From: Paraspadella gotoi
Taxonomy: Eukaryota; Animalia; Chaetognatha
Reading direction: 5' to 3'
Assembly: GCA_051294375.1 (NCBI GenBank)
Contig: CM119266.1
Location: 4,868,698 to 4,882,260 of the forward strand
Length of the DNA: 13,563 nucleotides
Below the pieces are notes generated by a model that saw only the letters and a list, made by a program, of their open reading frames with translations, was not told where the DNA came from and made no database searches. The translations under genes and the position numbers were made by a program. Positions 9,781-13,563 of the stretch are shown here, piece after piece (within the stretch, counting starts at the first letter, position 1; each line of letters starts with the position of its first letter).

Positions 9781-10249
9781 ACGTTCCTCGCCTCCCGTAG
9801 TCGAACGTCGAAAGCCGAGAGGGAGAACTTACCCCAATTTACTTATTATTGCGCCCCTTACCTTATTTTTTATTGCGCGGCTTTCTTTTTGATCTCTTCC
9901 TTTTTTTTATTTTCCTTTTATCCTTTTTAACCTTTTTTCCCCCTTTTATCTTTCCCTTTGTTATGACTTTGGCCGCTTTTTCCCTTTTATGTACGTAGGT
10001 TTCTTTCTTTTATCCTAAGCCCGAGTTAACTCGTTTTTGCCTTTAGCCCTTAAAATATATTTTCATTTTTATACTAAAATTAATTTCCGGACTCGGCTCA
10101 TCGTTTAACCGCTCGCCCATCATTTAATCACAAACTTCATTTCACCTCATTTTGCTTCATTTCTTCTTTTCTCAACTCATTTCCCTCAAAATCTCTTTTT
10201 AAAGTTCTCACCTCATTTTTTTTTTCATTCCGTTCGCTTTACATCGTCA

Positions 10250-10823
10250 NNNNNNNNNNNNNNNNNNNNNNNNNNNNNNNNNNNNNNNNNNNNNNNNNNN
10301 NNNNNNNNNNNNNNNNNNNNNNNNNNNNNNNNNNNNNNNNNNNNNNNNNNNNNNNNNNNNNNNNNNNNNNNNNNNNNNNNNNNNNNNNNNNNNNNNNNNN
10401 NNNNNNNNNNNNNNNNNNNNNNNNNNNNNNNNNNNNNNNNNNNNNNNNNNNNNNNNNNNNNNNNNNNNNNNNNNNNNNNNNNNNNNNNNNNNNNNNNNNN
10501 NNNNNNNNNNNNNNNNNNNNNNNNNNNNNNNNNNNNNNNNNNNNNNNNNNNNNNNNNNNNNNNNNNNNNNNNNNNNNNNNNNNNNNNNNNNNNNNNNNNN
10601 NNNNNNNNNNNNNNNNNNNNNNNNNNNNNNNNNNNNNNNNNNNNNNNNNNNNNNNNNNNNNNNNNNNNNNNNNNNNNNNNNNNNNNNNNNNNNNNNNNNN
10701 NNNNNNNNNNNNNNNNNNNNNNNNNNNNNNNNNNNNNNNNNNNNNNNNNNNNNNNNNNNNNNNNNNNNNNNNNNNNNNNNNNNNNNNNNNNNNNNNNNNN
10801 NNNNNNNNNNNNNNNNNNNNNNN
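10250..10823. other. Assembly gap, 574 N
   Basis: N run. Confidence 0.95.
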
Positions 10824-10950
10824 AGTTCAAGGTTCCGCGCTGAGCATCTAAGCTTAGTTGGTTTAAGCCTTTTGTCGCTCCTGAAATGTTTTGCTGTGTA
10901 ATTATCTTGAAAGCTTTTCAAACAGGACCCTCTCCCCACGTCACTAGGCT

Positions 10951-10984
10951 TTCAGTAACGTTCCGTAACATTCCGTAATATTCC
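10951..10984. repeat. 10-bp tandem repeat, consensus TTCCGTAACA, ~3.4 units
   Basis: Units: ttcagtaacg / ttccgtaaca / ttccgtaata / ttcc, in exact phase. Confidence 0.8.
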
Positions 10985-11147
10985 TTCAACATATTTTCGC
11001 CTTTCTTAACTATAAACACCCCGTCCCGCCTTTCTCGAGATAAACGAAGCATTTTCTTCTGTTGATGAGATAATTAAAAAAAACCGCGTAAAACATTTGT
11101 TTTTTTTAACCTCGTCTCATTCCCCCATCTTTATCGCTGTACACGTG

Positions 11148-11194
<47 letters not shown>
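11148..11194. repeat. (CT)n microsatellite
   Basis: Seen directly. Confidence 0.95.
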
Positions 11195-11198
<4 letters not shown>

Positions 11199-11337
11199 AT
11201 CCAATCAACCGAACATATGGTCTTTGCCAACTTCTCATTGCTTATCGCTTCCGGTTTGTAATTTACGAACGTCTGTACCTTATTTTCCTTAGATCTCTCT
11301 TATCATTTGCTTTTAAGATTTTCATTTTTCCATTAAG

Positions 11338-11390
11338 CTTACTCTTGCCCTTATCTTTGCTCTTACCTTTGCCCTTACCTTTGCCCTTAC
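11338..11390. repeat. 12-bp tandem repeat, consensus CTTACCTTTGCC, ~4.4 units
   Basis: Units: cttactcttgcc / cttatctttgct / cttacctttgcc / cttacctttgcc / cttac. An out-of-phase counterpart lies at ~8005-8063. Confidence 0.9.
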
Positions 11391-11688
11391 AATGAATCCA
11401 CCTCGTCTTTTGCCCCCCCCCCAAAAAAAAAATTCTCTTGAGAAACGAAAGAGCGAAAAACGAAAAGAGGCGGTCGTATCTGTCGACACTAAATTCATCA
11501 TTAGAAAAGACGAAAAAAAGACAGAGAGCGAGAGAGAAGGAGAGAGTGAGACAGAGACGGTCTTTCGTAACCATTCCTGTCCTCAACACTCTGGGTTTTG
11601 CAGATTGAGATTTTTATCTGTTGCGCCCTGAACCACAATGAACCGCAATAGACCACGTAAACTCAAACTTACCTCCAAAACTGCTCCT

Positions 11689-11786
11689 TTTCTCACCCTT
11701 CACTTCTTACCCACAACTCATTACCCACAGTTCCTTACCCATGATTTCTTACCCTCGATTCTTTACCCACATTTCCTGACCCACAC
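11689..11786. repeat. 14-bp minisatellite, consensus TTYCTTACCCACAN, 7 units
   Basis: Units: tttctcacccttca / cttcttacccacaa / ctcattacccacag / ttccttacccatga / tttcttaccctcga / ttctttacccacat / ttcctgacccacac. The 14-bp phase is exact and ACCC is invariant. Confidence 0.9.
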
Positions 11787-12009
11787 CTCATCCAAGTCAG
11801 TGTTACACATTTAAACTTTCCTTCCAATCTCCCTCTTTCTCCAGCTGCGACTTTTTTTATCAACTTTTTCCAAACTTCGACTCAATTTTTACAACCAGAC
11901 AATCAACTTTTTGAACAAGCTGGTCCCTCACTCAGGATTCGATTAAGAAGTTCCCTCTTTTGCTCTACACTTGAGAAAAAGACTTATCCTTCCCCCCTAC
12001 CCCCCCCCA

Positions 12010-12758
12010 NNNNNNNNNNNNNNNNNNNNNNNNNNNNNNNNNNNNNNNNNNNNNNNNNNNNNNNNNNNNNNNNNNNNNNNNNNNNNNNNNNNNNNNNNNN
12101 NNNNNNNNNNNNNNNNNNNNNNNNNNNNNNNNNNNNNNNNNNNNNNNNNNNNNNNNNNNNNNNNNNNNNNNNNNNNNNNNNNNNNNNNNNNNNNNNNNNN
12201 NNNNNNNNNNNNNNNNNNNNNNNNNNNNNNNNNNNNNNNNNNNNNNNNNNNNNNNNNNNNNNNNNNNNNNNNNNNNNNNNNNNNNNNNNNNNNNNNNNNN
12301 NNNNNNNNNNNNNNNNNNNNNNNNNNNNNNNNNNNNNNNNNNNNNNNNNNNNNNNNNNNNNNNNNNNNNNNNNNNNNNNNNNNNNNNNNNNNNNNNNNNN
12401 NNNNNNNNNNNNNNNNNNNNNNNNNNNNNNNNNNNNNNNNNNNNNNNNNNNNNNNNNNNNNNNNNNNNNNNNNNNNNNNNNNNNNNNNNNNNNNNNNNNN
12501 NNNNNNNNNNNNNNNNNNNNNNNNNNNNNNNNNNNNNNNNNNNNNNNNNNNNNNNNNNNNNNNNNNNNNNNNNNNNNNNNNNNNNNNNNNNNNNNNNNNN
12601 NNNNNNNNNNNNNNNNNNNNNNNNNNNNNNNNNNNNNNNNNNNNNNNNNNNNNNNNNNNNNNNNNNNNNNNNNNNNNNNNNNNNNNNNNNNNNNNNNNNN
12701 NNNNNNNNNNNNNNNNNNNNNNNNNNNNNNNNNNNNNNNNNNNNNNNNNNNNNNNNNN
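12010..12758. other. Assembly gap, 749 N
   Basis: N run. Confidence 0.95.
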
Positions 12759-13223
12759 GAAATCTTATCCTTCGACTCTTCCTTTCGCCGTCGCCGCCAT
12801 TTTTGCTTTTTGCTCCTTTCCTTATTTCACGCCTTCACTACCTTTCTCACTTCCTTCTGCTTCACATTTCCTTCCTTTTTTTCCATTCTTCCTTTCTTGC
12901 TTCCTTTAACTCACTCTCTCTCATTGCTCTCTCTCTATTCGCTATTTCGGTGCGAGCTGCGAAAAGAACTTTGCATTATTCAAAATCCTTTTTCCCGCTT
13001 TTTTCTCTTTCCCCCGAAATTCTCATTACTACCCTGACATTTTTTAGTCACAGCTCCAACAGTGCCTCTACAAGACGCTTTTCGGTCTGTCAGTCTGTCA
13101 CTCAGTCCGTGAATATTACTTAAAATTAGTTATTATTTTAAAGTAAAATTTGTTACGGAAAATTGCACTAGCGTATGAATCGGGAATTTTCGGAGATCCA
13201 ATGAGAAACGAAGGATTTTTGGT

Positions 13224-13230
13224 TGATGAT

Positions 13231-13265
<35 letters not shown>

Positions 13266-13269
13266 GGAA
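13224..13269. repeat. Compound (GAT)n-(GAG/GAA)n trinucleotide microsatellite
   Basis: Seen directly: tgatgatgaggaggaggaagaggaggaggaggaagaggaggaggaa. Confidence 0.9.
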
Positions 13270-13391
13270 TCTTCCAGCAAAATGTTGCATTTATAAACAT
13301 TGAAATCATAGTATGAAAGTTGAATTTTTAAATAAAGAAATAGAAAGGAGTTTTTTGTCGTGACTGAAGTTCAGTCGCAGATTGGTTTTAT

Positions 13392-13563
13392 TTTTTCCTC
13401 TCTTCTCCTTCCTCTTTCCTTCCTTTCTTTCCTCGTTCTTTCCTCTTTTCTTCTTTTTTCCTTTTTTCTTTTCTTCTCTTTTCCTTTCCTCTTTTCCTTT
13501 CCTATTTTTTCCTCTTTTTTCTTTTTTCCTTTCCTCTTTTCTTCTCTTTTCCTTTCCTCTTTT
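13392..13563. repeat. Polypyrimidine low-complexity tract running to the window end
   Basis: Seen directly. Confidence 0.9.

Larger units (their letters stand above)
9050..11936 (+). repeat. Copy 2 (compact, contains the 574-N gap) of the tandem direct duplication
   Basis: Same ordered anchors as copy 1. The left boundary is approximate and may extend to ~8990. Confidence 0.9.

Noticed and set aside
9026-10247. Inverted 11-mer gatgtaaagcg (9026-9036) / cgctttacatc (10237-10247) as possible terminal inverted repeats
   Set aside because: Several 11-bp inverted matches are expected by chance in 13 kb. No target-site duplication is visible and the right side abuts a gap.
10848-10857. Perfect 10-bp palindrome ctaagcttag (also 7064-7073)
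   Set aside because: Palindromes of this length are expected by chance, and the second instance is part of the duplication.
11263-11589. ORF containing KGKGKGKGKSKDKGKSK, resembling the DNMT1 (KG)n linker
   Set aside because: It is the translation of the 12-bp CTTACCTTTGCC repeat. No following LxxLDVFSGCGG methyltransferase motif I is seen, and the rest of the ORF comes from SSRs and homopolymers.
11689-11786. CRISPR-like or telomeric interpretation of the short arrays
   Set aside because: Units are contiguous with no unique spacers or cas genes, in a eukaryotic context. They are not (TTAGG)n or (TTAGGG)n.
10225-12909. The longest ORFs (201, 230 and 312 aa)
   Set aside because: They are almost entirely N-gap translations.

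Overview
This window is non-coding eukaryotic DNA, very rich in simple sequence repeats (SSRs), with CpG not obviously depleted. That suggests an invertebrate; a decapod crustacean such as a penaeid shrimp would fit, but this is inference only. I recognise no protein-coding gene, RNA gene, CRISPR array or transposase/RT domain, and the listed ORFs translate (CT)n/(GA)n/(GAT)n tracts or N gaps. The main hidden structure is a collinear head-to-tail duplication: copy 1 at ~4830-8970 and copy 2 at ~9050-11936. The copies differ mostly by dense small indels, and copy 1 is up to ~1.7-2.4x longer between shared anchors. Copy 2 keeps 10-, 12- and 14-bp minisatellites in exact phase where copy 1 scrambles them. 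Together with two exactly 25-N gaps, this points to unpolished long-read gap-fill sequence, so the duplication may be an assembly artefact. Weaker dispersed similarities (~1850-2110 vs ~12950-13170 direct; ~1500-1790 vs ~3780-4010 inverted), several minisatellites and a GC-rich double hairpin are also present. I find no convincing evidence of a novel biological system.
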